A DNA stretch of 50,528 nucleotides from Candidatus Bathyarchaeia archaeon (GTDB taxonomy: Archaea; Thermoproteota; Bathyarchaeia; Bathyarchaeales; Bathyarchaeaceae), in NCBI GenBank assembly GCA_041653695.1, contig JBAZEV010000002.1, positions 1 through 50,528 of the forward strand, in the 5' to 3' direction. The notes beneath the pieces are model-generated. The model made no database searches. It saw nothing but the letters and a program-made list of their open reading frames with translations, and was not told the DNA's origin. Below are positions 35,914 through 45,266 of the stretch, in pieces. The first letter of the stretch is position 1, and every line of letters starts with the position of its first letter. Made by a program: the position numbers and the translations under genes.

Positions 35914-36930
35914 TCAAGTTTTTTGGCTGGCTTTTTTATCTTGGCTTTTTTCGGTTAATTGGGTGGCTTTTACTCCGAGTTTTAACATTTGAAGTCCACT
36001 TGTTGTTAGTTTGTAGTTATGTAACATGTCTATTCTTGTTTCTTCTAATGTGAATCGTCCGCTACATTTAGAACATCCAAATTTGAAGTTGGGTTGACCA
36101 AAGAAATGTTTGTTGGAACATTTGTACCAGTTTTCGATTTTTCTGTAGTCAACACCTATTACTTTGAGTTTTTTTTCACATTTGGGACAAACTAGTCTGC
36201 CTTCGCCGTTGTCGTATTTGGATCTGAAATCGATGTTGCCACAGTCGAAGTGTTCGAGTGCTTCTTCCTTAGTCATCTGGGAACTTTCACATTCAGGGCA
36301 CTCTAAATAGAGTGTAGATGTTACAACATCGCAGTCTGGGCAAACTATTACTGAACGGGAATGTTCTTCTTCTAAAATTTTTATTTCTGCGAAGCTTTTC
36401 AACGTTGGGACAAGTTGTTCAGTGGGGATTTCGCTTTCTGGGTTTGTTGTTAAAATATTTGTTGATTCTATTTGTATAACTGGGTTTTTAGCGAAAAGGT
36501 CTAGGATTGCTTTTGCTGTTTCGATGTTTACTGTTTCAGGTAACGCTGAGGCAAGTAATATTTCTTTGATGCTATCAATTAAACGTGTTGAGGCAATTTC
36601 ATCTTTGTTCATGTAATCTCGTATACCCAGTTTCATTGCTTCTACTGCAATGTTTTCGCTTCCTTTGCCTGTGACTAAAATAATCGGTGTTTTGTTGTGT
36701 TTTTTTTGTAGTTGTTTAACAACTTCGATGCCGGTCATGTCTGGCAATCTGTAATCCAAAATTATTATGTCAAAGTTTTCTTTTTCAAGTTTCGCTAAAC
36801 CCTTTGCAGCGGTGTCTGTGGCGGTTAACTCAAATTTGGTTGGCATCTTTTCGGTGAGTGAACGTTTTAGAATCAGTTGGTCGTCAGGGTTGTCTTCGAT
36901 ATGTAGTATTCGAATTTTCATTTCGGTCAA
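35914..36930 (-). CDS. response regulator: receiver domain plus Cys-rich (4 x CxxC) metal-binding output domain
   Basis: The REC motifs ILHIEDNPDD and DIIILDYRLPDMTG are present. The C-terminal half has CPDC...CPEC...CPKC...CSKC, as in the TACK-type output domain (named from memory). Confidence 0.75.
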   Translation of the reverse strand: MTEMKIRILHIEDNPDDQLILKRSLTEKMPTKFELTATDTAAKGLAKLEKENFDIIILDYRLPDMTGIEVVKQLQKKHNKTPIILVTGKGSENIAVEAMKLGIRDYMNKDEIASTRLIDSIKEILLASALPETVNIETAKAILDLFAKNPVIQIESTNILTTNPESEIPTEQLVPTLKSFAEIKILEEEHSRSVIVCPDCDVVTSTLYLECPECESSQMTKEEALEHFDCGNIDFRSKYDNGEGRLVCPKCEKKLKVIGVDYRKIENWYKCSNKHFFGQPNFKFGCSKCSGRFTLEETRIDMLHNYKLTTSGLQMLKLGVKATQLTEKSQDKKASQKT

Positions 36931-36952
36931 ATATTTCTTCCTCCTTATTTTT

Positions 36953-37396
36953 TTATGGTATTTTAGAAATCGTTAACCAGTAACGTTTGATTTCCATAAC
37001 TGCTTCAATGAAATCTTCAAAACTTGCTGGTTTTACAATGAAGCTGTTACATCCTAGTTTGTATGCGCGTTCTATATCTTCAGGTCTGCTCGAAGAAGTC
37101 AAAACAATTATTGGAATGCTTTTTAGTTTGTCGTCTCCTTTAATTGTCTTCAAGACTTCAAAACCGTCAATCTTTGGCATGTTCAAGTCCAATATTACTA
37201 AACCCGCTGTTGGGACGTCGATGTATTTTCCTTGTTTACGCAAGAATTGAATCGCATCTTCTCCATCTTCAGTAACGAAAACCTTGTTATGAATCTGAGA
37301 TTTGGTGAACGCTCTTTTGGCTATCATTACATCGTCTGGGTTGTCGTCAACTAACAGAATTGGTTGGTCTATTATAGACTTATTTTTATTTTCCAT
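36953..37396 (-). CDS. single-domain CheY-like response regulator
   Basis: The ATG at 37396 gives MENKNKSIIDQPILLVDDNPDD, and LVILDLNMPKIDG and IPIIVLTSS are present. The longer track ORF would overlap the kinase gene. Confidence 0.85.
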   Translation of the reverse strand: MENKNKSIIDQPILLVDDNPDDVMIAKRAFTKSQIHNKVFVTEDGEDAIQFLRKQGKYIDVPTAGLVILDLNMPKIDGFEVLKTIKGDDKLKSIPIIVLTSSSRPEDIERAYKLGCNSFIVKPASFEDFIEAVMEIKRYWLTISKIP

Positions 37397-37397
37397 T

Positions 37398-40300
37398 TCA
37401 TTCCTCCCCTGATTTTTTCTTTTCTTTTGGTATGTTGAACATGAATGTACTACCTTTACCGGGTGTACTCTCAACCCAGATTTTTCCTCCAAGTTGTTCT
37501 ACAATCTTCTTACAGATTGATAACCCCGCACCAGTTCCTTCATACTTCTTTTCAGTAGGGGCACGTTCGAAAAGGTCGAAAATAATGGTCTGATATTTTT
37601 CTTCGATACCTATTCCGTTATCCCGAACCTTGAACAAGTGTTCGTTTTCATTTTCCTGATACAAAACTTCGATTTTCGGAGTTTTCGACTCGTTAAACTT
37701 TAATGCGTTGCTGATTAGGTTCATGAATAGTTGCTTCATCCAAACTCTTTGAACAAGCAGAACTGGGAGTTTATCAACAACTATCGTTGTGTTATGTTCT
37801 TTAATTGTCATTTCAAGGTCAAGCTGAATTTCTTCTAGTATCTTATTCAGGTCTGTTTGTTCAAATTCAGTATATTTTCGTCCAACACGTGAAAGAACCA
37901 GCAAATCTTCAATCAAAGTATCCATGTGGGATGCCGCGTTTATCATCCTGTTTAGGTAATCTTTACCTGTTTCATCGAGCCTTTGTGCATAATCTTCTAG
38001 TATGAACGAGCCAAATGACCGTATTGTTCTCAGAGGAGCCTTCAAGTCATGAGAAACAACATATGTATAACTTTCAAGTTCCTTGTTCGACTGTTCCAAC
38101 TGGTGCATAGCCGCATCTATTGCTAATTGTGCCCTCTTTCGTTCAGTGATGTCTCGGTCAATGCTTAATATCGCAGGTTTTTGTTGGTATTTTATAAGCC
38201 CTGTGCTAATTTCAATCGGAATTTTTTTTCCGTCTTTGGTTTTGTGTGCTGTTTCAAAGACCAGTTTTTTGTTTTTTTTCACTGATTCAATAAGACCATT
38301 TATTTGTTCCGGAGTTAGGGCATCATCGATATCTAGAATTCCCATCGACAGCAATTCTTCCCTAGAATAACCCAAATTCTTTCCAGCGGCGTCATTGACA
38401 TCAATGAATTTGCCATCAAAATCAATAACCCAGACTGAGTCATTCATTGTATTAATTATTGCTCGATACTTCTCTTCACTATCTAGAAGTGCCTCTTGAA
38501 CTCTCTTTTGTTCAGTCACGTCCCTGAAGAAACCTATTAAAAATTGTTGGTTTCCGATTTTCATGAGTCTGGAACTGATGTCACAATAGATTACTGTCTT
38601 GTCTTTTCTTAAAATTGGTATGTTTCTACTAATAGATATTTTTCTCTCAATCTGTTTCTGGAACTGTTCAAGTGCAAAAGCTAAATCTTCTTTGGGAATA
38701 ATGTCAACAACAGTCAATTTGGGTAACTCGTCAAACGAATAACCTAGAATTTCGTAAATTCTAGGGTTGCCAAAAGCAAATTTCCGTGTTTCAGGATCGG
38801 CAGCAAGAATGCCGTCCGTTGCTCCCTCAAAGATTGTCCTAAATTTTAGTAAACTTTCTTTCAGTTCATTTTCCATTTTTTTGCGAGCTGTTATATCAAC
38901 GGACATTTCAGATGCTGCAACGATTTTTCCATGTTCGTCTCTGATTGCAGTTGCATTAACTTCTAACCAGATGTCTTGACCGTCTGGAGTTTGGACCAAT
39001 TGTTCGTGAATAACCCAGTCTTTTCCGGTCTCAAAAACTTCTTTAACTCCACATCCATGACAAACATCTTCTAACTGATTGAGTGATGAGTAACACTGTT
39101 TTCCTTCTATTTCACCCAAATATTTCTTTAGAACCGCATTTGCCCATAAAACAACATAATCCTTCGATACAACTACAAGCCCAGCATTAATATTGCCTGT
39201 AATATTTTCAAGCATGTCTCGATCCTGACGTAGCGCTTCTTCCACTTCTTTACGGTCACTAATATCTATGGATAATATGAAAAGACCTTCAGGCACGGGC
39301 TCTATGCTGAGTTTAAACCACGCATTCTCACCTGTAGAAAACGTAAATTCATTTTCTATACTTGCCGACACACGTTTTTTCATGCATCTGGTGAAAACCG
39401 AAAACAATTCGGACTTTTCAATTCCGGGATAAACGTCCATAATTGTTTTACCCAAAAAATCTTTTTTAACCAAGCGTCCATGCTTTGCGGCGGCATCATT
39501 AACATATAGATAATGCCAATTATAATCAACAATCTGACAGCCTTCCATCATACTTTCAAGAGTGCTCCGGAAACGTTCCTCAGACTTCTTGAGCAATTCT
39601 TCCGCTTTTTTGCGGTCAGTGATGTCTACAATTAATCCTCTTGAGCCCGCGGGTCTATTTCCGCTAATAATAGGAGTTGCGTGTATAATAATCGGAAATG
39701 TGCTACCGTCTTTCTTCAATGCAGTGTACTCAATAAAACCTACATCAGTTCCAGTCAATATTTTAGTAATTACTTTCTTGGCTCTGTTGCGATCCTTTTC
39801 AATCAGCATCTGAAAAGCAGTCAAACCTTTATCAAAATCATTCTGAGAATAACCAAAACGTTCAAACGCAACATTATTCACGAATGTGAGTCGTCCAGCT
39901 AAATCCATTTCAAAAACAATTTCAGGAAGTAACTCACTTAACTCTCTAAACCGCTTCGCACTATCCTGAAGCGCATCTTGTGCTTTCTTTTGCTCTGTAA
40001 CATCCTTGAGAAATGCTACTATGTATTGTTGGTTTTCGATATTCATGAATTGCGCAGAGATATCAACATAGATTCTTGTTTTATCTTTTCTCAGAATGGT
40101 TTGGTTCCTGACCATTTGTAGTTTTCCTGCCAACTGTTTCTGGAATCGTTCAACGGTCAAAGGTATCTCATCTTTGGGAACATAGTCAAGAATAGTTGAT
40201 TTGAGCAATTCTTCAAGAGGAGCACCGGTTATTTTGACAATTCTGGAATTAGCGAGAACAAATTTCATTGTTTTAGGATCTATAGCAGCAATGCCATCAG

Positions 40301-41915
40301 TTGCGCCCTCAAAAATTGTTTTGAACTTTCCTAAACTATCTTGTAACTTAAGTTCAATTTTCTTGTGCTCAGTTACGTCTCGAAATATAGCTTGAACTAC
40401 TTTCTTATCTCCAAGTTCAATGATGTTAGCTGTTATTGCAGCAGTTCTGATTTCTCCACTTTTTGTAATAATTGGGGCTTCCAGAATATCCCCTTTATTT
40501 TCTTTGACGCGCTGTCTGAAAGCTCTGCCAACTTCATCATTGGATTCTGGGGGATGAAGAATCTGCGAATTTTTACCAATTATTTCTGATTTTGTTCTGT
40601 CAACTAATTTTGTGGCTGCACGGTTACAATCAACTATTATTCCTGTTTTGGCATTAACCAAGAAAATAGCGTCCATCGTCTCCTCAAACTGCCTCCTGTA
40701 GCGCTCTTCTGATTCTCTAAGTTTTTGTTCCACATTCTTGCGGTCAGTTATGTCCCGTGTTATGCCTATAATCTCGATTTTTCCATCTCTTTCAACGGGT
40801 ATGGTGGATGCTTCAACAAAAACTAGCGTCCCATCCTTTTTCATCAATTCTAACTCGTGGAGCCCACTTATTTCTCCATGCATGTTTGGCTTGAACGCTT
40901 CCATAAGCGCTGGTACAGACTCTGGTGGAACAAGAATCCCCAACATGTTTTTTCCGAGTAATTCTTCCTTCTTGTAACCCGTTAATTCCTCTGCCTTTTT
41001 GTTACCATCAAGAAAAGTTCCAGCAATATCCTGCACCCAAATGGCTTCAGGAGCATTATCCAAAAAATATTTGAACCGTTCTTCGGACTCTTGAAGTTTC
41101 TTTTCTACTTGTTTCTGGTCAGTAATATCATGAAATATACCGAGGATTGCTGGTTTATCTTTGTAGATTATGCGTGCAGTACTCAATTGAAACAGTTTCT
41201 TTTTTCCATCTTTTGTAACTGCCTCAATGCGATGCGGCTCAACAAACAAACCCTTTTTTAGTTTCTCAAGATTTTTTGCCAAAATGGTTTTGCTCTCAAC
41301 CGTGGTGGCATGGGTGTTAAGAAAACTTCTTCCCACAAGTTCCTCTTTTGAGAATCCCAGTGTCTCTTCGACTGATTGTGAAATCTCTACAATATTTCCG
41401 TTCATTTCTATGATGACAACCGGCTCTTCCATGATTTCTAATAACGTGTCCAAATGTTGTTTTGACTGTTTAAGTTCCTCTTCCTTGCGTATAATGTCCG
41501 TGAGGTCTTTGCCTGTTGCTTGTGCTCCCACGTAGTCTCCTGATTCGTCAAAGACTGCAACCCCGTTCCATGCTACGGTTCTAAACCCTTTAGGGCTCTT
41601 TACTCGGAGCATGAACCCTTTAACTTGGTTCCGATTTTCAATCAGGCTTTGAAGCGTAAAAACTGCCTTTTTTACATCTTCTAAGTGTAAATAATTTGTG
41701 AAATGAGTTCCCAAAATTTTTTTTCGTGGTTTACCCCAAAACTCAACGGCGGCATCGTTAACAAAATTAAACTTTCCATCTTTATCGATGCTTACAACAA
41801 GGTCATGCATTATTGTTAGCATAATGAGAAGGTAGTTGTCTCTCATTTTTTGTACGTAATCTTCCCTGATTGTCTGTGCCTTCTTTTTCAATGGTTTCAC
41901 CGTAAATTTATCCAA
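37398..41915 (-). CDS. giant multi-PAS sensor histidine kinase (at least nine PAS/PAC modules, HisKA and HATPase_c)
   Basis: Repeated ...DITERKxAEE/DVTEQKK... PAC ends are present. The H-box is VVSHDLKAPLRTI, and the N/G boxes are FMNLISNALKF, DNGIGI and GTGAGLSICKKIV. Confidence 0.9.
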   Translation of the reverse strand: MDKFTVKPLKKKAQTIREDYVQKMRDNYLLIMLTIMHDLVVSIDKDGKFNFVNDAAVEFWGKPRKKILGTHFTNYLHLEDVKKAVFTLQSLIENRNQVKGFMLRVKSPKGFRTVAWNGVAVFDESGDYVGAQATGKDLTDIIRKEEELKQSKQHLDTLLEIMEEPVVIIEMNGNIVEISQSVEETLGFSKEELVGRSFLNTHATTVESKTILAKNLEKLKKGLFVEPHRIEAVTKDGKKKLFQLSTARIIYKDKPAILGIFHDITDQKQVEKKLQESEERFKYFLDNAPEAIWVQDIAGTFLDGNKKAEELTGYKKEELLGKNMLGILVPPESVPALMEAFKPNMHGEISGLHELELMKKDGTLVFVEASTIPVERDGKIEIIGITRDITDRKNVEQKLRESEERYRRQFEETMDAIFLVNAKTGIIVDCNRAATKLVDRTKSEIIGKNSQILHPPESNDEVGRAFRQRVKENKGDILEAPIITKSGEIRTAAITANIIELGDKKVVQAIFRDVTEHKKIELKLQDSLGKFKTIFEGATDGIAAIDPKTMKFVLANSRIVKITGAPLEELLKSTILDYVPKDEIPLTVERFQKQLAGKLQMVRNQTILRKDKTRIYVDISAQFMNIENQQYIVAFLKDVTEQKKAQDALQDSAKRFRELSELLPEIVFEMDLAGRLTFVNNVAFERFGYSQNDFDKGLTAFQMLIEKDRNRAKKVITKILTGTDVGFIEYTALKKDGSTFPIIIHATPIISGNRPAGSRGLIVDITDRKKAEELLKKSEERFRSTLESMMEGCQIVDYNWHYLYVNDAAAKHGRLVKKDFLGKTIMDVYPGIEKSELFSVFTRCMKKRVSASIENEFTFSTGENAWFKLSIEPVPEGLFILSIDISDRKEVEEALRQDRDMLENITGNINAGLVVVSKDYVVLWANAVLKKYLGEIEGKQCYSSLNQLEDVCHGCGVKEVFETGKDWVIHEQLVQTPDGQDIWLEVNATAIRDEHGKIVAASEMSVDITARKKMENELKESLLKFRTIFEGATDGILAADPETRKFAFGNPRIYEILGYSFDELPKLTVVDIIPKEDLAFALEQFQKQIERKISISRNIPILRKDKTVIYCDISSRLMKIGNQQFLIGFFRDVTEQKRVQEALLDSEEKYRAIINTMNDSVWVIDFDGKFIDVNDAAGKNLGYSREELLSMGILDIDDALTPEQINGLIESVKKNKKLVFETAHKTKDGKKIPIEISTGLIKYQQKPAILSIDRDITERKRAQLAIDAAMHQLEQSNKELESYTYVVSHDLKAPLRTIRSFGSFILEDYAQRLDETGKDYLNRMINAASHMDTLIEDLLVLSRVGRKYTEFEQTDLNKILEEIQLDLEMTIKEHNTTIVVDKLPVLLVQRVWMKQLFMNLISNALKFNESKTPKIEVLYQENENEHLFKVRDNGIGIEEKYQTIIFDLFERAPTEKKYEGTGAGLSICKKIVEQLGGKIWVESTPGKGSTFMFNIPKEKKKSGEE

Positions 41916-42227
41916 CTGTTTACACCCATTTGTTACGAATCGCCAATGAGAGACCGAATGTACATTGACCCACTTTAATCATACCGTCCATGTGCCGTCA
42001 GAGATTATTTACTTTTCGGTTTAAATGCAATCCTATAATGCTTTTAAGTTCAACAATGAACGAGCCAAAAAGGCCGTATCATGAGCATGCACTGAAAACG
42101 TTGTTTTTTTCAAAACAAAGAACTAAAAAACCATAACATCTAAAAGTATAAATGACGCTGAGAACATCAACAAATAGTTCCAGACCTGTTTCGAATTGGG
42201 ATGAAACAAAACTAATTGGAGCAAAAA

Positions 42228-43187
42228 ATGATGGCAGACCTTGAATTATTAAAAAAAGAAGGTAACGACTTAATTGTTAAAGTTCCCGGACGAGAAGACC
42301 CCGTAAAAATAGAGGACACATACGCAGAAATGTTCCCAATGTGGGTTGGGCGCGTACTAATAACCGCTGCAAACGAAAAATGGGCACTAATCGCAGCAAA
42401 AACTGCCACCGGATTTGCATCTTCAATTATCATGTCGCCCGCTGAAGCATCACTTGAACGTCTTGCAGACCCAAAAGAAACACCAGATGGACGTCCAGGT
42501 GCATATATCCAGATTTACCACAGCTCACGAGCAGCCCTAAAAGGGCAAATGGCTGCAAGAATTGGACAATGTGTTATGACTTGCCCAACAACAGCAGTTT
42601 TTGACGCTTTACCCAAAGCAAGACGAAGAGCGAAAATCGGAAGAACCCTACGTGTTTTTGGAGACGGCTTCCAGAAAAGTGATGAAATCGCTGGAAGAAA
42701 AGTTTGGCGCATCCCCGTTATGGAAGGCGAATTTGTTATCGAAAACGATTTTGGAGTCATGAAAGCCGTTGCTGGTGGAGCGTTGTTGCTTTTGGCAAAA
42801 GATTGGGAAACGGGACTTAAAGCAACCGAAAACGCCGTAGATTCTATAGCCAAAAACGTTCGCGGAGCAGTTATGCCCTTTCCGGGTCACATATGCAGGT
42901 CTGGGTCAAAAGTTGGTTCAATTAATTATAAGCTTCCTGCGTCAACAAATCAGTTGTACTGTCCAACTCTTAAAAGTCAAGTGCCAGACACTAAACTGTC
43001 AGCCGACGTTAACAGCGTTTACGAGATTGTAATAAACACCTTGAACTTGGATGTCATGAAAAAAGCGTTGGCTGAAGGAATAAAAGCCGCAGTTAAAGTT
43101 CCTGGTATTGTAAAAATTACTGCACCAAACTATGGCGGTAAGCTTGGTCCGTATAAAGCCGAACTAAAAGAAGCTTTGAATCTATAA
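42228..43187 (+). CDS. ftr: formylmethanofuran--tetrahydromethanopterin N-formyltransferase
   Basis: IEDTYAEMFPMWVGRVLITAANEKWALIAAKTATGFASSII is the typical Ftr N-terminal core. The ATG at 42228 is preferred over the TTG at 42216. Confidence 0.85.
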   Translation: MMADLELLKKEGNDLIVKVPGREDPVKIEDTYAEMFPMWVGRVLITAANEKWALIAAKTATGFASSIIMSPAEASLERLADPKETPDGRPGAYIQIYHSSRAALKGQMAARIGQCVMTCPTTAVFDALPKARRRAKIGRTLRVFGDGFQKSDEIAGRKVWRIPVMEGEFVIENDFGVMKAVAGGALLLLAKDWETGLKATENAVDSIAKNVRGAVMPFPGHICRSGSKVGSINYKLPASTNQLYCPTLKSQVPDTKLSADVNSVYEIVINTLNLDVMKKALAEGIKAAVKVPGIVKITAPNYGGKLGPYKAELKEALNL

Positions 43188-43204
43188 TAAACCCATTTTT
43201 GGGT

Positions 43205-44248
43205 TTATTTTATCCTTTTTATGTATTCTTTGCCTTTGCCTTCAGCAGAACCGACTAATATTCGGTAATGTTGTTGGCTGTTTTCTTTTTCGTTTACTTT
43301 TTCCAGTTTGCCTTTTACCTGTATTGTTTCCCCGTTTTCTGCTATGCTATCATACAGTGTCTCGTAGGCAACTACCTCGGTAACGGGGTGCTGCTGTTTG
43401 CCTTCAATGAATTCTGCATCCTTTATTTTGTAAACTGCTGGAAGAAACAGTGAATCCGTGTTGTCTACTACAACTGCTCGGATTGTAACTTGACCCATTG
43501 GTGTGAACGTTTTTTGTCCATACCTTTCCGTTAATTCACTCTCGAGTTTAACTGGGTGAATGGAAACCCACGTATCCTCAAACCGTCCCAGATTCCATTT
43601 TCTTTCATAGATTCTCGAAGCTTCGTTGGCTGTGACTGGGTAATCCATGGTCTTTTTGTTGCTCCACTCTTCAAGCTGTTTTCCTTCTAACCGTTTGATT
43701 GGAGCTTTAGAACCCTGTTCGGTTAACGCGTTTTTTAGTTTCCAACTGTTTTTTGTGCCATAAACGGTTATGTCAATGTCTGAAAACTTTGGGTTATGAA
43801 TATCTAAAAGAAGTGAACCTGTTACTCCAAACATTTCCTGCTTTATGCCGCTTATTTGTTCCAGTTGCTGGGTGACGTTGACCAGTTTTTGTTGCAGTGA
43901 ATCTAACTGCTTTGTTTCTCTTAGTTGTGCAAGTTTTTGTTCAGGTTTGTAATGTGTTTTAATGTTTTGGAGCGGAACCGCAGTTACCGTGATGTTGTCC
44001 ACGGGTGAATGGAAAATGTACTGTGGGTAATTTTGTTTAAGGAAGTTGAATGTTTCCAGCAGGTTAGGTATCGTATATTTTTGGAGTATTCTGCTGAATT
44101 TTTCTTTGTCTGTTCCCCAGTTTCCCGTTTGCGAAGGTACATACTTGATGTAAGAAACTACCCTGTCGGGGGGATGCATTGTTCCGACTACGCAGAAGAA
44201 GAATCCCTCCTTTGTTTGAAGAAAATCCCTGTCCCTGAAGCTTCTCAT
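43205..44248 (-). CDS. pol-beta nucleotidyltransferase with OB-like C-terminal domain, paralog A
   Basis: The GS-x11-DxD motif FGVTGSLLLDIHNPKFSDIDITVYG lies at 43772-43819. The N-terminal module is RDRDFLQTKEGFFFCVVG. The C-terminal beta-rich segment ends KGKLEKV...YRILVGS. Confidence 0.7.
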   Translation of the reverse strand: MRSFRDRDFLQTKEGFFFCVVGTMHPPDRVVSYIKYVPSQTGNWGTDKEKFSRILQKYTIPNLLETFNFLKQNYPQYIFHSPVDNITVTAVPLQNIKTHYKPEQKLAQLRETKQLDSLQQKLVNVTQQLEQISGIKQEMFGVTGSLLLDIHNPKFSDIDITVYGTKNSWKLKNALTEQGSKAPIKRLEGKQLEEWSNKKTMDYPVTANEASRIYERKWNLGRFEDTWVSIHPVKLESELTERYGQKTFTPMGQVTIRAVVVDNTDSLFLPAVYKIKDAEFIEGKQQHPVTEVVAYETLYDSIAENGETIQVKGKLEKVNEKENSQQHYRILVGSAEGKGKEYIKRIK

Positions 44249-44289
44249 ATGTGTTCAGGCCTCAAACAGCGGTGCCTCATACAACGAGT

Positions 44290-45003
44290 TTATGAATACG
44301 CAAAATAGGTTATCGCTATGGCAATCGCGTCATACAATCCATGCATCCACGCCAGTGCAGTGGTGTTCCGGTCTGTTCTTTGCCACATGTATCCCAGAAA
44401 TAGGCTGACAACCGTTACCGGGATTATAGACATCAAAGAGTTCAGTCCATGCAACAACCCGAACATTACTGACGCAACCACAAGACCAACTTTTGGTCCA
44501 TACGAATTTTCCAACCCTCTTTGAATAAAGCCCCTGAATGCTGCTTCTTCGGCTGGTCCAACTAACAAGAATGAGATTAAAAGTAACGCGATTAACTGCA
44601 GTGCATTTTGGGGTAATGTTGCGTCTAAAACTATGTCTGTTGATGGGTCTGGACCAACAATGGTTTCTTGGACTAACGCAATTGCTCCTCCGAGCCAAAG
44701 AAGTAGAACTGCTGCAATGGACAATATTATTATTGTTTTAATGTTTGGTTTTTTGAAGCCTAGCTGTTTTAGTCCTGCTTTGTGTTGTCTGGCGAGTAGT
44801 AACGTGATTGACAGTATTATCACTTCGTTTATTGGAAGCGATAATAATGCAGATGGAAACGGTAAGTTCTCTACGCCAAGTCCTGTTCCAAGCAGTATTA
44901 TTACTAGTATTATGCTGCCCACAATTAGTCCGACTGCTACAAATAGGTAACAGATGAATGCTGACTTGGCTTTCCAAAAAGGCGTGTTAGATGTGTTCTC
45001 CAT
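44290..45003 (-). CDS. CPBP-family (CAAX/Abi-type) intramembrane glutamic metalloprotease
   Basis: All three family motifs are intact: EEAAFRG, FGLLHG and MHGLYDA. Six to seven TM helices. Confidence 0.8.
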   Translation of the reverse strand: MENTSNTPFWKAKSAFICYLFVAVGLIVGSIILVIILLGTGLGVENLPFPSALLSLPINEVIILSITLLLARQHKAGLKQLGFKKPNIKTIIILSIAAVLLLWLGGAIALVQETIVGPDPSTDIVLDATLPQNALQLIALLLISFLLVGPAEEAAFRGFIQRGLENSYGPKVGLVVASVMFGLLHGLNSLMSIIPVTVVSLFLGYMWQRTDRNTTALAWMHGLYDAIAIAITYFAYS

Positions 45004-45212
45004 GTTTATCCCTTATTGTTGTTGGATGTAAATATGATGGTGTTTTTTCTATTAACAATTGCTTTTTCTGTGAATTTTTGAGTGCCCTCATTTTTGTTGT
45101 TTGCCTTTCTACTTTTAACATAGGAGATTAAACATCTTCAGGCAACTTTCTTTGTGAATGTTTATTCAACTCATTTTATTTTTATCCATTTTTCCTTCAA
45201 TTGTGGGGAAAT

Positions 45213-45220
45213 ATTTATAT
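45213..45220 (+). promoter_or_regulatory. TATA box for the AsnB-like gene (divergent from the CPBP gene)
   Basis: ATTTATAT lies about 47 nt upstream of the ATG at 45267. AAGGTG lies 7 nt upstream of that ATG. Confidence 0.4.
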
Positions 45221-45266
45221 GTAAAACTGTAATATTTTCAGTTTCTGTTGAATAAAGGTGTATTAT

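Noticed and set aside
37397-37492. Upstream extension of the CheY-like regulator ORF
   Set aside because: It would overlap the 3' end of the histidine kinase gene. The receiver domain begins just after the ATG at 37396.
37805-41535. Multiple 60-100-aa plus-strand ORFs antisense to the histidine kinase. Similar antisense ORFs occur within pheT, fwdA, the PQQ genes, dnaG and other genes.
   Set aside because: They are shadow ORFs of long genes on the opposite strand, with low-complexity translations and no independent signals.
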